Below, one piece after another: positions 50,672 to 61,772 of a stretch of 64,000 nucleotides of DNA. The stretch spans positions 15,165-79,164 of the forward strand of contig JANRIL010000028.1 of assembly GCA_033764955.1 (NCBI GenBank), given 5' to 3'. The position numbers were made by a program, and so were the translations under genes. The stretch comes from Cyanobacteriota bacterium. Lineage in GTDB: Bacteria > Cyanobacteriota > Cyanobacteriia > Thermostichales > Thermostichaceae. Positions within the stretch are counted from its first letter, which is position 1. Each line of letters starts with the position of its first letter. The notes below the pieces were generated by a model. That model made no database searches, had not been told where the DNA came from, and saw nothing but the letters and a program-made list of their open reading frames with translations.

Positions 50672-52339
50672 ATGTCTGGATTGGCTACCGTTACTCAGGG
50701 ATCCCTCAGCCAGGGACTAGAAGCCCGCCTCAATCCGGGGGTTGCCATCGAAGATTTACGGGTGGGCAAATTTGTGGTGGTGCAGGGGCAGCGCAACCGT
50801 TTTTTTGGTTTGCTGACGGATGTTCGTCTAGGCAGTGCTAGTCCGCATATTCTCTTAAATCCCCCCCGCCCAGAGGAGCATTTGCTGAGGGAAATTTTGA
50901 GTGGCACGGGCACGTTTGCCCTGTTAACCCTCACCCCCATGTTGATGCTTACTCCGGTTCGTTCAGAAGGGGAGGGAGGAGGAGAATCCAGTCATCCCAC
51001 TGCTATGGAGTTGTTGCCTGTGAAAACGGTTCCTGCCCATTTTTCACAAGTGTATGAAGCCCGTGAGTTGGATTTTCGCACGGTCTTTGGCTGGGAAGAG
51101 GATCCCAGTAAGCGCAATTTTGCCATCGGTCAACCGATTGATATGCCGGTGCCGATCTGTCTGGATTTGGATCGGCTTGTTGAGCGCAGCAATGGCATTT
51201 TTGGCAAGTCAGGAACGGGGAAATCTTTTTTGACGCGCCTGCTATTGTCGGGGGTGATTCGCAAGCAGGCTGCTGTCAATTTAATCTTTGATATGCACTC
51301 GGAGTATGGCTGGGAAGCCGCTTCGGAGGGACGGCAATTCAGTACGGTCAAAGGATTACGACAATTGTTTCCTGGACAAGTACAAATTTACACATTGGAT
51401 CCCGATTCAACGCGGCGGCGTGGGGTACGGGATGCTCAGGAGCTTTTTATTAGCTACAACCAGATCGAGGTGGAAGATCTAGCCCTGTTAAGTCAGGAGC
51501 TAAATTTATCAGAGGCCAGTTTAGAAAATGCCATCATTCTCCGCAATGAATTTGGGAGAGATTGGATTACTCGACTCTTAACTATGTCCAATATTGAAAT
51601 CCAGGAGTTTTGTGAGCAACGACTGGGGAATAAAGCCTCAATCATGGCTCTGCAACGGAAACTGACCCGTTTGGATGATCTCAAATATATTCGCAATAGT
51701 CTACCCCACAACTATATTGGACAAATTTTGGAGGCACTAGATACTGGAAAACATGTGGTGATTGAGTTCGGATCCCAGTCCAATTTGCTCTCCTATATGC
51801 TGGCAACCAATGTGATTACCCGCCGCATTCACCAAGCTTATGTTCATAAATCCGAGATCTATCTCCAAACTAAAAATCCTATGGATAAGCCCCGTCAGTT
51901 GATGATTACCATTGAAGAAGCCCACCGATTTTTGGATCCCCATGCGGCCAAACAAACGATTTTTGGCACGATTGCCCGCGAGATGCGGAAGTATTTTGTC
52001 ACGTTGTTGGTGGTGGATCAACGTCCCTCCAGTATTGATAGCGAGGTGATGTCGCAATTAGGCACTCGCATTACCGCCCTCTTGAATGATGACAAGGATA
52101 TTGAGGCGGTGTTTACGGGAGTCTCTGGCAGTCAAAATCTCAAAACCGTTCTGGCAAAATTAGACTCTAAGCAACAAGCTCTCTTACTGGGTCATGCGGT
52201 ACCGATGCCAGTGGTGGTGCAAACCCGTGCCTATGATGAGCGATTTTATGCTGAGATTGGTGAGATGGATTGGAGTTTGGCTAGCGATCAAGAGGTTTTG
52301 TTGGCAGCCCAGGAGGCAAGGGCTGATTTGGGTTGGTAG
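50672..52339 (+). CDS. HerA-like (DUF87) ATPase
   Basis: N-terminal HAS-barrel-like region, GKSGTGKS, DMHSEY, IEEAHRF, QRPS. Confidence 0.88.
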   Translation: MSGLATVTQGSLSQGLEARLNPGVAIEDLRVGKFVVVQGQRNRFFGLLTDVRLGSASPHILLNPPRPEEHLLREILSGTGTFALLTLTPMLMLTPVRSEGEGGGESSHPTAMELLPVKTVPAHFSQVYEARELDFRTVFGWEEDPSKRNFAIGQPIDMPVPICLDLDRLVERSNGIFGKSGTGKSFLTRLLLSGVIRKQAAVNLIFDMHSEYGWEAASEGRQFSTVKGLRQLFPGQVQIYTLDPDSTRRRGVRDAQELFISYNQIEVEDLALLSQELNLSEASLENAIILRNEFGRDWITRLLTMSNIEIQEFCEQRLGNKASIMALQRKLTRLDDLKYIRNSLPHNYIGQILEALDTGKHVVIEFGSQSNLLSYMLATNVITRRIHQAYVHKSEIYLQTKNPMDKPRQLMITIEEAHRFLDPHAAKQTIFGTIAREMRKYFVTLLVVDQRPSSIDSEVMSQLGTRITALLNDDKDIEAVFTGVSGSQNLKTVLAKLDSKQQALLLGHAVPMPVVVQTRAYDERFYAEIGEMDWSLASDQEVLLAAQEARADLGW

Positions 52340-52387
52340 GGATGAGAATAGGTTGATAATGAAAGGTAGACCCATTCCCCTATTTCT

Positions 52388-52675
52388 ATGGCAACTCCCC
52401 TCAGTCTGGCTGATATTCAAGCCCGTTTGCCTCAGCTCTCTGGCTGGTCACTGGTGAATGGCAAGCTGCACAAGCAGTTTGTTTTTAGCTCATTTATCCA
52501 GGCTTTTGGATGGATGAGTGGGGTGGCGTTGGTGGCGGAAAAACTCGATCACCATCCCGAATGGATGAATGTTTATAACCGCGTCACGGTAGACTTAGTA
52601 ACCCATGATGCCCACGGTATTACGGATCTGGATTTTGAGTTAGCGGAACGGATGAATCAGCTAGCCACAGGGTAG
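52388..52675 (+). CDS. phhB: Pterin-4-alpha-carbinolamine dehydratase
   Basis: DHHPEW..VYNRV...L.THD. Confidence 0.93.
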   Translation: MATPLSLADIQARLPQLSGWSLVNGKLHKQFVFSSFIQAFGWMSGVALVAEKLDHHPEWMNVYNRVTVDLVTHDAHGITDLDFELAERMNQLATG

Positions 52676-52690
52676 GAGGAGTGGGCGAGT

Positions 52691-53635
52691 CTACGCCACA
52701 GCCCGATACCAAGCAATAGTGCGTTCTAATCCCTCGCGCAAAGTGACTTTGGCGGCAAACCCGAAAGCGGTTTTGGCTTTGCTAACATCTAAGCAACGGC
52801 GAGGTTGTCCGTTGGGTTTGTCCGTTTGCCAGCGAATTTCTCCTGCAAAATCCATTAATTCACAGATCAATTCGATCAGATTTTTGATAGAGATTTCTTC
52901 ACCCGTACCCAGATTTAAGGGATCCCCTGTCTGATAATATTGGGTGGCCTGCACAATTCCCCTGGCACAATCTTCCGAGAAGAAAAACTCACGGGTGGGG
53001 CTACCATCTCCCCAGACCTCGATAAAGGGTTGATGCTGCCTTTGGGCTTCATGTACCTTGCGAATCAGGGCAGGAATAACATGGGAGCTTTGGGGGTCAA
53101 AATTATCCATTGGCCCATACAAATTGACTGGAAGCAGATAGATACCATTAAATCCATATTGCTGACGATAGGATTGCAGTTGAACCAGCAGCGCTTTTTT
53201 GGCAATGCCATAGGGAGCATTAGTTTCTTCGGGATAACCCTCCCACAAATCGGCTTCTTGAAAGGGAACCGGGGTGAATTTGGGATAGGCACAAATAGTT
53301 CCCACACAGACAAACTTTTCCACCCCCGCACAATAGGCAGCATGAATTAACTGGGATCCCATGATCAAATTGTCATAAAACAGTTCGGCGGGCTTGGCTT
53401 GATTGAGGCCGATTCCTCCCACATGCGCCGCTAAATGAATGACTACCTCTTGATCGGCTACCACATCTTGACAGACCGACCATTGACGCAAATCATGGGT
53501 TTGAGATCGCGGGATCCGCACCTGCGCCGGATCCACCCCCAAATGCTCTAGATAGCGAAGGACATGCTTTCCTAAAAAGCCACTTCCCCCCGTCAATAAA
53601 ATCTTCTTGTCCTGTAGGTTGAGCATTCCTAACAT
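52691..53635 (-). CDS. fcl: GDP-L-fucose synthase
   Basis: GGSGFLG, AAHVGGI, YGIAK, SHVIPALI, WGDGSPTREF. Confidence 0.93.
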   Translation of the reverse strand: MLGMLNLQDKKILLTGGSGFLGKHVLRYLEHLGVDPAQVRIPRSQTHDLRQWSVCQDVVADQEVVIHLAAHVGGIGLNQAKPAELFYDNLIMGSQLIHAAYCAGVEKFVCVGTICAYPKFTPVPFQEADLWEGYPEETNAPYGIAKKALLVQLQSYRQQYGFNGIYLLPVNLYGPMDNFDPQSSHVIPALIRKVHEAQRQHQPFIEVWGDGSPTREFFFSEDCARGIVQATQYYQTGDPLNLGTGEEISIKNLIELICELMDFAGEIRWQTDKPNGQPRRCLDVSKAKTAFGFAAKVTLREGLERTIAWYRAVA

Positions 53636-53674
53636 CCAATGGAGAAATAAGTCTCAAAAAGTCAAACCGTTTTG

Positions 53675-54235
53675 TTATAGACGACTGAGCAATTCCTGCT
53701 TTTTGGTTTGAAATTCTTCCTCGGTGATCACGCCTTGATCCCGCAGCTTGCCTAGCTTTTCTAGAGACTGATAGACATCGGCGGCGGCCTCTTTATTTTG
53801 GTTCAGCTTATTTACGTAGGCTTTGCCTTTTTCATAGGCATCTTCGTAGGCACGTTTGGCTGCCTCCAGATCGACATCTTGCAGGGATCCAGAGGTGGCA
53901 AACTGAGTGGCTACCACTTGTCCGAGGGCATAGGTGGAAGCTCCCGACAACAAAGACATGGACACGCCCCCAAAGACGCTGCCCACGCCAGGAATGGCCT
54001 TGAGGACACTCGCCCCAATCCGCGCCAGGGTGGTTCCGGTAAGGGCAGAAACAAAGGCTTTGCCGGAGGATTTGGAGTAGTCAAGGCCATAGTGATGGGA
54101 CAAATCCTTGAGCATATCTAGCTGAATGGCGGTAACGGCGGCAAAATCCACCACCGGAATCGGAATTAACCCCGCCCCCATCGCCCACAAAACATGACTG
54201 CGAATAATGGATTCAACCGCTTCCGACTGGCTCAT
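53675..54235 (-). CDS. DUF697-like protein with C-terminal SHOCT domain
   Basis: AGLIPIPVVD...IQ..M; LEKLGKLRDQGVITEEEFQTKKQELL. Confidence 0.8.
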   Translation of the reverse strand: MSQSEAVESIIRSHVLWAMGAGLIPIPVVDFAAVTAIQLDMLKDLSHHYGLDYSKSSGKAFVSALTGTTLARIGASVLKAIPGVGSVFGGVSMSLLSGASTYALGQVVATQFATSGSLQDVDLEAAKRAYEDAYEKGKAYVNKLNQNKEAAADVYQSLEKLGKLRDQGVITEEEFQTKKQELLSRL

Positions 54236-54290
54236 GGCTGGGATCCCCTGGCGGATGTCGTCTCTATCATGAAAGCCAATCGGAGTTTGG

Positions 54291-54656
54291 TCAAGTCAAC
54301 TGTCCCTGGCGAACTAACACCCCCAACAGCCAGTTGGCCGCCGTTGCCCGCCGCGTTTTTTGGGGAGTTAGCTCAGAGATGGTGTAGCCGGGAAAATATA
54401 GTTTTTCTTTGAGCAGTTGCTTATGCTCGGCAGGAATGGCACGGGTCAGCTTCACACTATCGGGGCGGTGGGCGATCACATCCGGGATCCCTCCGTCTCT
54501 CCAGGCGGGATCGGCGGCGCTGGGATCCCAAGATTGACTGAGCGGATCATAGCGATAGCCCAAACTCAGCAAAACCAGGGCGTTCACCGTCGCATCGTCG
54601 AGGCTGCCATCCAAAATGAAGGCAATGGTTTCTACCGTCAGAGGAGGCCAATTCAT
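54291..54656 (-). CDS. Conserved cyanobacterial protein (DUF1823-like)
   Basis: LGYRY, VKLTRAIP..HKQLLKE.L.F.GY...P..TRRAT..NWL. Confidence 0.8.
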   Translation of the reverse strand: MNWPPLTVETIAFILDGSLDDATVNALVLLSLGYRYDPLSQSWDPSAADPAWRDGGIPDVIAHRPDSVKLTRAIPAEHKQLLKEKLYFPGYTISELTPQKTRRATAANWLLGVLVRQGQLT

Positions 54657-54733
54657 AAGAAAAAAAGAAGTAATTTGTAAAGTTTTATTACCGACTCTTA
54701 GAATAAAGATATGTTGTTAAGGAACAAAAACGG

Positions 54734-55465
54734 GTGATCGACCTGTTGCCTGCCCAGCCACTACCCCTTGCCCAGCTTTTGCTCAGCCTTTGCCAAACTC
54801 AGGTTTGGGTGGAGGGGAGGGAACGGTTGCCGAGGGGAGCCGCTCTTATTATCAGCAATCATCGCAGTTTTTTGGATGCTCCTGTATTGCTAGCGGGTCT
54901 TAACCGTCCTGTGCGGCTGGCCTGCCACTATTACCTAACCCAAGTGCCCCTTTTGCGAGACATTGCTCTCGGTCTGGGCTGCATTCCGTTGCAACAACGT
55001 CCCCATAAGCAGATACACTTTTTTCGGGAAGCGGAGGCCACCCTTGGGCAAGCTGGCTATGTCGGGTTATTCCCGGAAGGGGCGGAGCGGATTGCCTCCC
55101 TCAGCTCTCCTGGAGAAATCGGTTCCTTTCAGCCGGGGTTTGCCCATCTGGCTCTGGCTTCTCAAGTGGATCCCTTGCCGATCGTACCCGTGGCGATTCG
55201 CGTCCGTCAGGAATGGCAGGCTCCTGGCATCCCTCTACCCGTGTTTCGCCTGTTTGATCAAACCGAGCCGATGTTTCAAGGCAATGGCGGACATCCGGTG
55301 GTGATCTACCGCGAGGTGCATCTGTCGATTGCCGAGCCGATCTGGATTGGTCAGGCGGATCGTCCCAAGGATCGCCACCGCCGCCAGCAAAAAATACAGG
55401 ATTTGGTGGCACGAGCTGAGGCGCTGGTAGCGGGATCCCTTCATCCTTCCGCTCAATCTGTCTAA
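54734..55465 (+). CDS. Lysophospholipid acyltransferase (PlsC family)
   Basis: NHRSFLD (HX4D), FPEG, PIVPV. Confidence 0.88.
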   Translation: MIDLLPAQPLPLAQLLLSLCQTQVWVEGRERLPRGAALIISNHRSFLDAPVLLAGLNRPVRLACHYYLTQVPLLRDIALGLGCIPLQQRPHKQIHFFREAEATLGQAGYVGLFPEGAERIASLSSPGEIGSFQPGFAHLALASQVDPLPIVPVAIRVRQEWQAPGIPLPVFRLFDQTEPMFQGNGGHPVVIYREVHLSIAEPIWIGQADRPKDRHRRQQKIQDLVARAEALVAGSLHPSAQSV

Positions 55466-55484
55466 ACCTTCTCAACCTCTCATC

Positions 55485-56297
55485 ATGTCTAGTCTGACTT
55501 CCTCCCTTTTGCCCGCTGCTACCCCTCCCAAGGCCGGGATCCCATTGCTCTATTTACCAGGGATGGATGGCACGGGAACTTTGTTTTATCGGCAAGCCGA
55601 AAAGCTGGCGGCAGACTTCTGCATTCGCAGCCTCTCCCTGAATGGCAGCAATTTGGATTCCTGGGTTGCCCTCAGCCAGTATGTGGAGTTTTATCTGGAG
55701 GAGGGATCCCCGGCCATCCTCTGTGGAGAATCTTTTGGGGCTTGTTTGGCCTTGCAGGTGGCGGTGCGGCGACCGGATCTGTGTGCGGGTCTGATTTTGG
55801 TCAATCCGGCTTCTTCGTGGCGGCGGGGGAGTTGGGGCTGGCTGGCACGACTGCTCTTGCCCTTTGTGCCCGAACCTTTTTATCACCTAGCCTCAGGGCA
55901 GGGTTTGGGCTGGTTGGCGGAACTGTCCCGCATCGCTCCTGTGGATCAACAAAAGCTCCAGCAGGCGGTGGCGCAAGTTCCCCTGGCTACGGCGGCGCAT
56001 CGGTTGGCTCTGCTCAGTGAATTTGATGTGGATCGCTTGCCTCTGGAGGCGTTGCAGATGCCTACCCTGCTGGTGGCGGGATCCCATGATCGCCTGTTGC
56101 CCTCCAGAGCCGAGGTGGAGCGGTTAGCCCATCGTCTGCCCAATGCGGCGGTGGCGGTAGCACCCGCAAGTGGCCACGCCTGTCTGCTGGAGCAAGACCT
56201 GAATTTAAGCGTATTGATGGAACAACATCCGATGCTAAGATCTAAATCTTTGAGAGCAAAATCCAGTCGTAGGCCAGCGGACGTGGCGGAATGGTAG
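55485..56297 (+). CDS. Alpha/beta hydrolase resembling the PES/ELT hydrolase domain
   Basis: LYLPGMDGTG, GESFG, LILVNPASS, D.LLPS, SGH. Confidence 0.88.
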   Translation: MSSLTSSLLPAATPPKAGIPLLYLPGMDGTGTLFYRQAEKLAADFCIRSLSLNGSNLDSWVALSQYVEFYLEEGSPAILCGESFGACLALQVAVRRPDLCAGLILVNPASSWRRGSWGWLARLLLPFVPEPFYHLASGQGLGWLAELSRIAPVDQQKLQQAVAQVPLATAAHRLALLSEFDVDRLPLEALQMPTLLVAGSHDRLLPSRAEVERLAHRLPNAAVAVAPASGHACLLEQDLNLSVLMEQHPMLRSKSLRAKSSRRPADVAEW

Positions 56298-56357
56298 ACG
56301 CGCTAGACTTAGGATCTAGTGGAGCAATCTGTGAGAGTTCGAGTCTCTCCGTCCGCA
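56277..56357 (+). tRNA. trnL: tRNA-Leu(TAG)
   Basis: GCGGACG/CGTCCGC acceptor stem, CTAGA-CTTAGGA-TCTAG anticodon arm, long variable arm, GTTCGAG T-loop; no encoded CCA. Confidence 0.96.
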
Positions 56358-56380
56358 TTGATTGAACCGACACAAAATAA

Positions 56381-56413
56381 ATAAATTCAGAAAATAAATT
56401 CAGATAAATTCAG
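56381..56413. repeat. Short near-tandem repeat ATAAATTCAG x3
   Basis: Copies at 56381, 56394 and 56404. Confidence 0.7.
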
Positions 56414-56429
56414 ACCAAGGCCAGCCTGA

Positions 56430-58409
56430 CTAAGTTGCTTCACTCTCCCGGCGCAGCTTCTCCAATACCCCCCGATCCTCCAGAGTTGAGGTGTCTCCGC
56501 TAACCGCTTCCCCCGCCGCCAGAGTCCGCAATAACCGTCGCATGATCTTGCCGGAGCGGGTTTTGGGCAAGGCTTCGCTCCAACGAATTTCGGCGGGGCG
56601 GGCGATCGCTCCAATTTCGGCTACCACGTGCTGCATTAACTCCTGTTGCAAGTTAAGGCTGGGTTGCGCTGCCTGGGTAAGGGTAACAAAAGCTACAATC
56701 CCCTCACCTTTAACGGGATCCGGTTTGCCCACAACGGCGGCTTCCGCCACGGCGGGATGGGAGACCAACGCCGACTCAATCTCCATCGTGCCCAGACGGT
56801 GACCCGCCACGCTAATCACATCATCCACCCGCCCCATCACCCAAAAATAGCCATCGGCATCACGGTGACAGCCATCCCCGGCAAAGTAGACATACGTTCC
56901 AGCACGGGGGGGGATTTTTTCCCAATAGCTCTGGCGAAACCGTTCTGCATCTTGATAAAGGGTTCGCATCATCCCCGGCCAGGGATCCCGAATCACCAAA
57001 TATCCCCCCGCCGGATCCGACACGGGATCCCCGTTGGCATCCACAACATCCGCCCGAATGCCAGGAAAAGGCAGGGTGGCGGATCCCGGTTTGGTGGGGG
57101 TGACTCCCGGCATCGGTGCGATCATGATGCCGCCCGTCTCCGTTTGCCACCAGGTATCTACAATCGGGCAACGGCCTCCGCCAATCACCTCGTGATACCA
57201 CATCCAGGCTTCTGGGTTGATCGGTTCCCCCACCGTTCCCAACAGGCGTAAGGATCCCAGATCATATTGGTAGGGCAGGTGGGATCCCAGGCGCATAAAG
57301 GAGCGGATAGCGGTGGGAGCCGTATAAAAAATGGAAACCTTGTGCTTGGCAATCACCCGCCAAAAACAATCCGGCTGGCTGGGGCGGGGAGCACCCTCAT
57401 ACATAACAATCGTGGCGGCATTGGAAAGCGGCCCATAGACAACATAGCTATGTCCGGTGATCCAGCCAATATCGGCGGTACACCAATAGACATCCTCCTC
57501 TCGCAAATCAAAGATCCACTTGGCGGTGATGTGGCTGTAGAGGTTATAGCCCCCCGTGGTATGCACCACCCCTTTCGGTTTGCCCGTTGTGCCACTGGTG
57601 TAGAGGATAAACAGCATCGCCTCGCTATCCATTGGCTCCGCCGGACACTCCGCTGACATTTGGGGTTGCAGCTCATGCCACCACACATCCCGTCCCGGCT
57701 GCATAGCGACTCCATCCCCAGCCCGATGCACCACCAGCACCTTTTCTAAACTGGGTACCGCTCCATCGGCTAAGGCCACATCCACCTGCGGCTTGAGAGC
57801 CACCACACTGTCTTTGCGCCAACTGGCATCCGCCGTCACCAGCAGCTTGGCTTGAGCATCCCGCAGACGATCTTTGAGAGCTTCGGCACTAAAGCCACCA
57901 AACACCACCGTATGAGCCGCGCCAATCCGCGCACAGGCCAACATCGCCATCGCCGCCTCAGGGATCATCGGCAAATAAATACCCACTCGATCCCCTTTGC
58001 CCACCCCCAAGTGTTTGAGGGCATTGGCAAACTGACAAACCTGACGGTGCAGTTCTTCATAGGTAAAAAAGCGCGTATCTCCCGGTTCTCCCTCCCAGAT
58101 CAGAGCCAGTTTGTCGCCTTTACCCGCCGCCAGATGGCGATCCAGACAGTTATAGGAAAGATTGAGTTGCCCCCCGACAAACCACTGGGCATGGGGGGGA
58201 TCCCAGTGCAACACCTGCTGCCAGGGCTGAAACCAGTGCAGTTCTTGTTCCGCCAATGCTCCCCAGAAAGCTTGGGGATCCGCCTCAGCCTGCTGAGATA
58301 ATTGTTGATATTGCTCCAGACTGGCAATGTGGGCAAGTCGAGCAAATTCCGCAGGCGGAGGGAAGATCCGTTGCTCCTGCAAAATGGATTCCAGCGGAGA
58401 ATTTTCCAT
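56430..58409 (-). CDS. acs: Acetyl-CoA synthetase
   Basis: [37 protein letters not shown]. Confidence 0.96.
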   Translation of the reverse strand: MENSPLESILQEQRIFPPPAEFARLAHIASLEQYQQLSQQAEADPQAFWGALAEQELHWFQPWQQVLHWDPPHAQWFVGGQLNLSYNCLDRHLAAGKGDKLALIWEGEPGDTRFFTYEELHRQVCQFANALKHLGVGKGDRVGIYLPMIPEAAMAMLACARIGAAHTVVFGGFSAEALKDRLRDAQAKLLVTADASWRKDSVVALKPQVDVALADGAVPSLEKVLVVHRAGDGVAMQPGRDVWWHELQPQMSAECPAEPMDSEAMLFILYTSGTTGKPKGVVHTTGGYNLYSHITAKWIFDLREEDVYWCTADIGWITGHSYVVYGPLSNAATIVMYEGAPRPSQPDCFWRVIAKHKVSIFYTAPTAIRSFMRLGSHLPYQYDLGSLRLLGTVGEPINPEAWMWYHEVIGGGRCPIVDTWWQTETGGIMIAPMPGVTPTKPGSATLPFPGIRADVVDANGDPVSDPAGGYLVIRDPWPGMMRTLYQDAERFRQSYWEKIPPRAGTYVYFAGDGCHRDADGYFWVMGRVDDVISVAGHRLGTMEIESALVSHPAVAEAAVVGKPDPVKGEGIVAFVTLTQAAQPSLNLQQELMQHVVAEIGAIARPAEIRWSEALPKTRSGKIMRRLLRTLAAGEAVSGDTSTLEDRGVLEKLRRESEAT

Positions 58410-58548
58410 ACAATGCCCTCAACCCTGGGTCAATTATCCGTCGATTCGTAGAGATCCCCCTAGACGTTGCCAAAATTATTCAAAACTCTGGGTTGAGACT
58501 GCCTTCCCTCTGATTCTGGTCGGGAACGATTGCCTGGGAGAATAATCA

Positions 58549-59496
58549 GTGTTAATAACGATGTGCATCCGGTCATTCTGTGGAGGGATCCCCATGCCAT
58601 GCCCCCGTACCCCTATTCACTCGGTTTGGTGTCGCTGGACGATCGGATTGTTGGCCTCAAGCAGCCTGATCGGATCCCCAGCTTTCTCCGGTGAGTATTT
58701 CAGTGAGGAGGTGACTAGCCCCAGTCTGGAGGTGATTCACGGCTGGCGGCAGAGCGTAGGTGAACTGGAGGTGAGCGTCACTAACAACAGTCGGGGATCT
58801 TTCAAAGTGCCCCTCGAAATCACCACCTCAGGCTGCCAGGAGGTGGAAATGAGCCTAACCTCCGGCAAAACCCTCCCCTTGGGCAAGATGGAAAACTGTG
58901 TGATCAACCTGTTTCCTGTGCTCGATAAGCTGATCAACCGCGAAGTGGCGGGCTTTCGTGTCGCCATTACTAACCAACCCGTCCTTGAGATTCCTGTGGC
59001 GGAGGAGGATCGGTTAATCTTGGCTCGCATTGGCAATCAGTCCCGCGAAGCGTTCCTCTTCTTTCAGCGGGAGTTAACACGGGTGATTGCCCTCCTCCGC
59101 GAAGGAAATACCCCCACCACCCCGCTCCCCATTCCCACGCCTATATCGGTAGCTCCCCCGCCCACCCCGCTCCCCGCCACCCCGCCACCCACCCCCGCCG
59201 CCACCACTCGCTCGGTGGGAACGGATCCCTTGGTGATTGTGGGAGAGATTCAGGAGGAACGGCTGGGGGCAGGCAGTCGCCTCAAGGTGGAAGCCATCAA
59301 TCGGGATCGGGTGGCGGTGCTGGCGGCGAAAGCACGGTTTGATTTTTATCAAAACAACCAAATTGTTGATACTCGCACCGAGGCGTTTCAACCCTCTGAT
59401 GTGCCCCCCGGAGCCAAAGCGATTGCCCAAGTGGTCAAAACAGAGTCCAACTGGGATCGAGTGACCGTCAGCTTTGAATGGCAATCCCCTCAGTAA
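58549..59496 (+). CDS. Hypothetical exported protein with Pro/Thr linker and C-terminal beta-rich domain
   Basis: Signal-like segment, PTP linker, FDFY..NQIVD Ig-like pattern; start uncertain. Confidence 0.6.
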   Translation: MLITMCIRSFCGGIPMPCPRTPIHSVWCRWTIGLLASSSLIGSPAFSGEYFSEEVTSPSLEVIHGWRQSVGELEVSVTNNSRGSFKVPLEITTSGCQEVEMSLTSGKTLPLGKMENCVINLFPVLDKLINREVAGFRVAITNQPVLEIPVAEEDRLILARIGNQSREAFLFFQRELTRVIALLREGNTPTTPLPIPTPISVAPPPTPLPATPPPTPAATTRSVGTDPLVIVGEIQEERLGAGSRLKVEAINRDRVAVLAAKARFDFYQNNQIVDTRTEAFQPSDVPPGAKAIAQVVKTESNWDRVTVSFEWQSPQ

Positions 59497-59647
59497 TTTC
59501 AACAGTGATTGTCAGGATATCCACCTAATTTTGGGGGGGATGCAGGGCATTCTTTCACCCGTGATCAGCTCTGAACAATCCATCAATCGACCAAAATACT
59601 GTTAACTTGGTGATGTCAGGGGCTAATCGTTTTCAGGGCAGTCTTCT

Positions 59648-60469
59648 ATGCGAAATATCCTGAGCCGCCTATTTGGATTTTTACGCCGACCAGAGCCGCA
59701 TCCTCCCTCTCCTCTGCCCCCCACCAGCGGTCAATCTCTTCCAGCCTCTGCTCCTCCTAGCCCTCAGCCGCCGCCTCAACCCAGATCAGTCCCTATTCCC
59801 AGTCCGCTTCCTGCAAAAGATCGGCAGGCATCCCGTTCACTCCCTCCTCGATCGATCGCATCCGTTAATCCTCATTCCCCAACAAATGCCACCCCTGAGA
59901 CAACAGCAGGAGTGCCTTCAAAAGTTCCGCATCCCCCCTCTCCTTCAGGATCCCAAGCCTATTCCCCTCCCCCCCAGGAGAATTGGCCGGAAATTCCCAT
60001 TCCAGAGATCTTCCCTTGTGATGAACCAGAGCAACCCGCCGATGTTGCCCTGTTGAATGTGTTGGTGGCGATGCAACAGAAGCAGCAACGACAGGAAACC
60101 CAGTCTTCCCTCAGCCAATCGTCTGCTGCCACCTCCTCCGATTTACCTGATTTACTGGATGTCTTAGCCAATACCTCCGATCAAGCTCGCCAAAAAGCGG
60201 AGGGGTTTAAGATGACGGATGCCCTGATCTTGCCCGACCAGCATCGGCAATTGGTAAACTGGATTACTCGGCGTGGTCAGGTGACGCTGGCAGAAGTGGC
60301 GGTTCGTTTGCAGCAACCGGAGGATGAGACGGGATCCCTGCTGCATCTGTTAATCGAACAGGGGTTTTTGCAGCGATGTCCCGGACAGGATTCTCCCACC
60401 TATCGCCCTCGCCTCGCCCCCAAACGAGGGCCACAACTCTCCTCTGAACTGTGGAAGGCAATCGACTAA
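59648..60469 (+). CDS. Pro-rich hypothetical protein with C-terminal winged-helix-like domain
   Basis: [10 protein letters not shown]...[10 protein letters not shown] pattern. Confidence 0.6.
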   Translation: MRNILSRLFGFLRRPEPHPPSPLPPTSGQSLPASAPPSPQPPPQPRSVPIPSPLPAKDRQASRSLPPRSIASVNPHSPTNATPETTAGVPSKVPHPPSPSGSQAYSPPPQENWPEIPIPEIFPCDEPEQPADVALLNVLVAMQQKQQRQETQSSLSQSSAATSSDLPDLLDVLANTSDQARQKAEGFKMTDALILPDQHRQLVNWITRRGQVTLAEVAVRLQQPEDETGSLLHLLIEQGFLQRCPGQDSPTYRPRLAPKRGPQLSSELWKAID

Positions 60470-61377
60470 TGGCGGAAACCACAACAGGCAAACCCCCCTG
60501 GTTACGAGTCAAGGCTCCCCAAGGGATCCAGGTGGGGAACGTCACCCAGTTATTGCGCGATCTCGGCCTCAATACAGTCTGTGAAGAAGCCGCCTGCCCC
60601 AACTTGGGGGAATGTTTTGCCCACGGCACCGCCACGTTTCTGATCATGGGGCCAGCCTGTACCCGCGCCTGCCCCTATTGCGACATTGATTTCAACAAAC
60701 GTCCCCTCCCTCTCGACCCGACGGAACCCCAGCGACTGGCGGAGGCGGTGCAGCGCTTGGGGCTGCGTCATGCCGTGATTACCTCCGTTAACCGGGATGA
60801 TCTGGCGGATGGAGGAGCCAGTCAGTTTGTTGCCTGTATGGAGGCGATCCGCCAACGGATGCCCCACACCACCCTAGAAGTGCTGATCCCCGATCTCTGC
60901 GGCAACTGGCAAGCGTTGGCAACGATTGTGCGGGCGGATCCCACGGTTCTCAATCACAATACGGAAACTGTGCCCCGTCTCTATCGGCGGGTGCGCCCCC
61001 AGGCTGACTATCAGCGGTCGTTAGCCCTTTTGCGGCAGGTGCGCCACTGGAATGAGCGGGTGCTCACGAAGTCGGGTCTGATGGTGGGCTTAGGAGAAAC
61101 GGAGGAGGAAATCCTCCAGGTCATGCAGGATTTACGAGAGGTCGATTGCCAAATTCTCACCATCGGGCAATACCTACAACCCAGCCCCCAGCACCTGGCC
61201 GTGCAGCGGTTTGTGCCCCCAACTGAGTTTGATCGCTGGCGGCAAATCGGAGAAGCGATGGGTTTTTTGCAGGTGGTTGCTTCTCCCCTCACCCGTAGCT
61301 CCTATCATGCGGAGGCTGTACAGGAGCTGCTGGAGCGTCGTCCATTCCCGGTCAGGCAGGAGAGAACCCAGACATGA
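60469..61377 (+). CDS. lipA: Lipoyl synthase
   Basis: [26 protein letters not shown]. Confidence 0.96.
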   Translation: MAETTTGKPPWLRVKAPQGIQVGNVTQLLRDLGLNTVCEEAACPNLGECFAHGTATFLIMGPACTRACPYCDIDFNKRPLPLDPTEPQRLAEAVQRLGLRHAVITSVNRDDLADGGASQFVACMEAIRQRMPHTTLEVLIPDLCGNWQALATIVRADPTVLNHNTETVPRLYRRVRPQADYQRSLALLRQVRHWNERVLTKSGLMVGLGETEEEILQVMQDLREVDCQILTIGQYLQPSPQHLAVQRFVPPTEFDRWRQIGEAMGFLQVVASPLTRSSYHAEAVQELLERRPFPVRQERTQT

Positions 61378-61772
61378 AAACCTTCAAGTTGGTGTTACTG
61401 AGTCTTTGGGGGCTATCGCTACTGATCCTGATGGCACAAAACTGGGGATCCCCTGTCACCCTTTTGCCCGCCAGCCAAAATCCCATCGTCCTCCCTCTCC
61501 CCCTCGCTCTCCTGCTTTTTTATGGAATAGGGGTTGCCTTGGGATCCTTGTTGCTGGGAACCTGGGCTTGGCATGATCGCCTCTTGCAACGGCAAGCACT
61601 GCGCTGGATGCAACGATTGACCAGTCAGATCGAGGCCCTAGAAGTCAAGATCTACCGACCTGAGGTTTATCTCCCGCCGGATCCGCGAGCTAACCCTTCC
61701 ACCCCCCCGCAGGGATCCGAGAATGAGACAATCGATCCGCAGGATTGGCAAACCGACCGATGGGATTCTTAG
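61374..61772 (+). CDS. LapA-like small membrane protein
   Basis: TM-QN...V.L...LPL-TM followed by a coiled coil. Confidence 0.65.
   Translation: MKTFKLVLLSLWGLSLLILMAQNWGSPVTLLPASQNPIVLPLPLALLLFYGIGVALGSLLLGTWAWHDRLLQRQALRWMQRLTSQIEALEVKIYRPEVYLPPDPRANPSTPPQGSENETIDPQDWQTDRWDS

Noticed and set aside
56381..56413. CRISPR array or prophage att site next to the tRNA
   Set aside because: Only three 10-bp copies without spacers; no integrase or duplicated tRNA 3' end seen.
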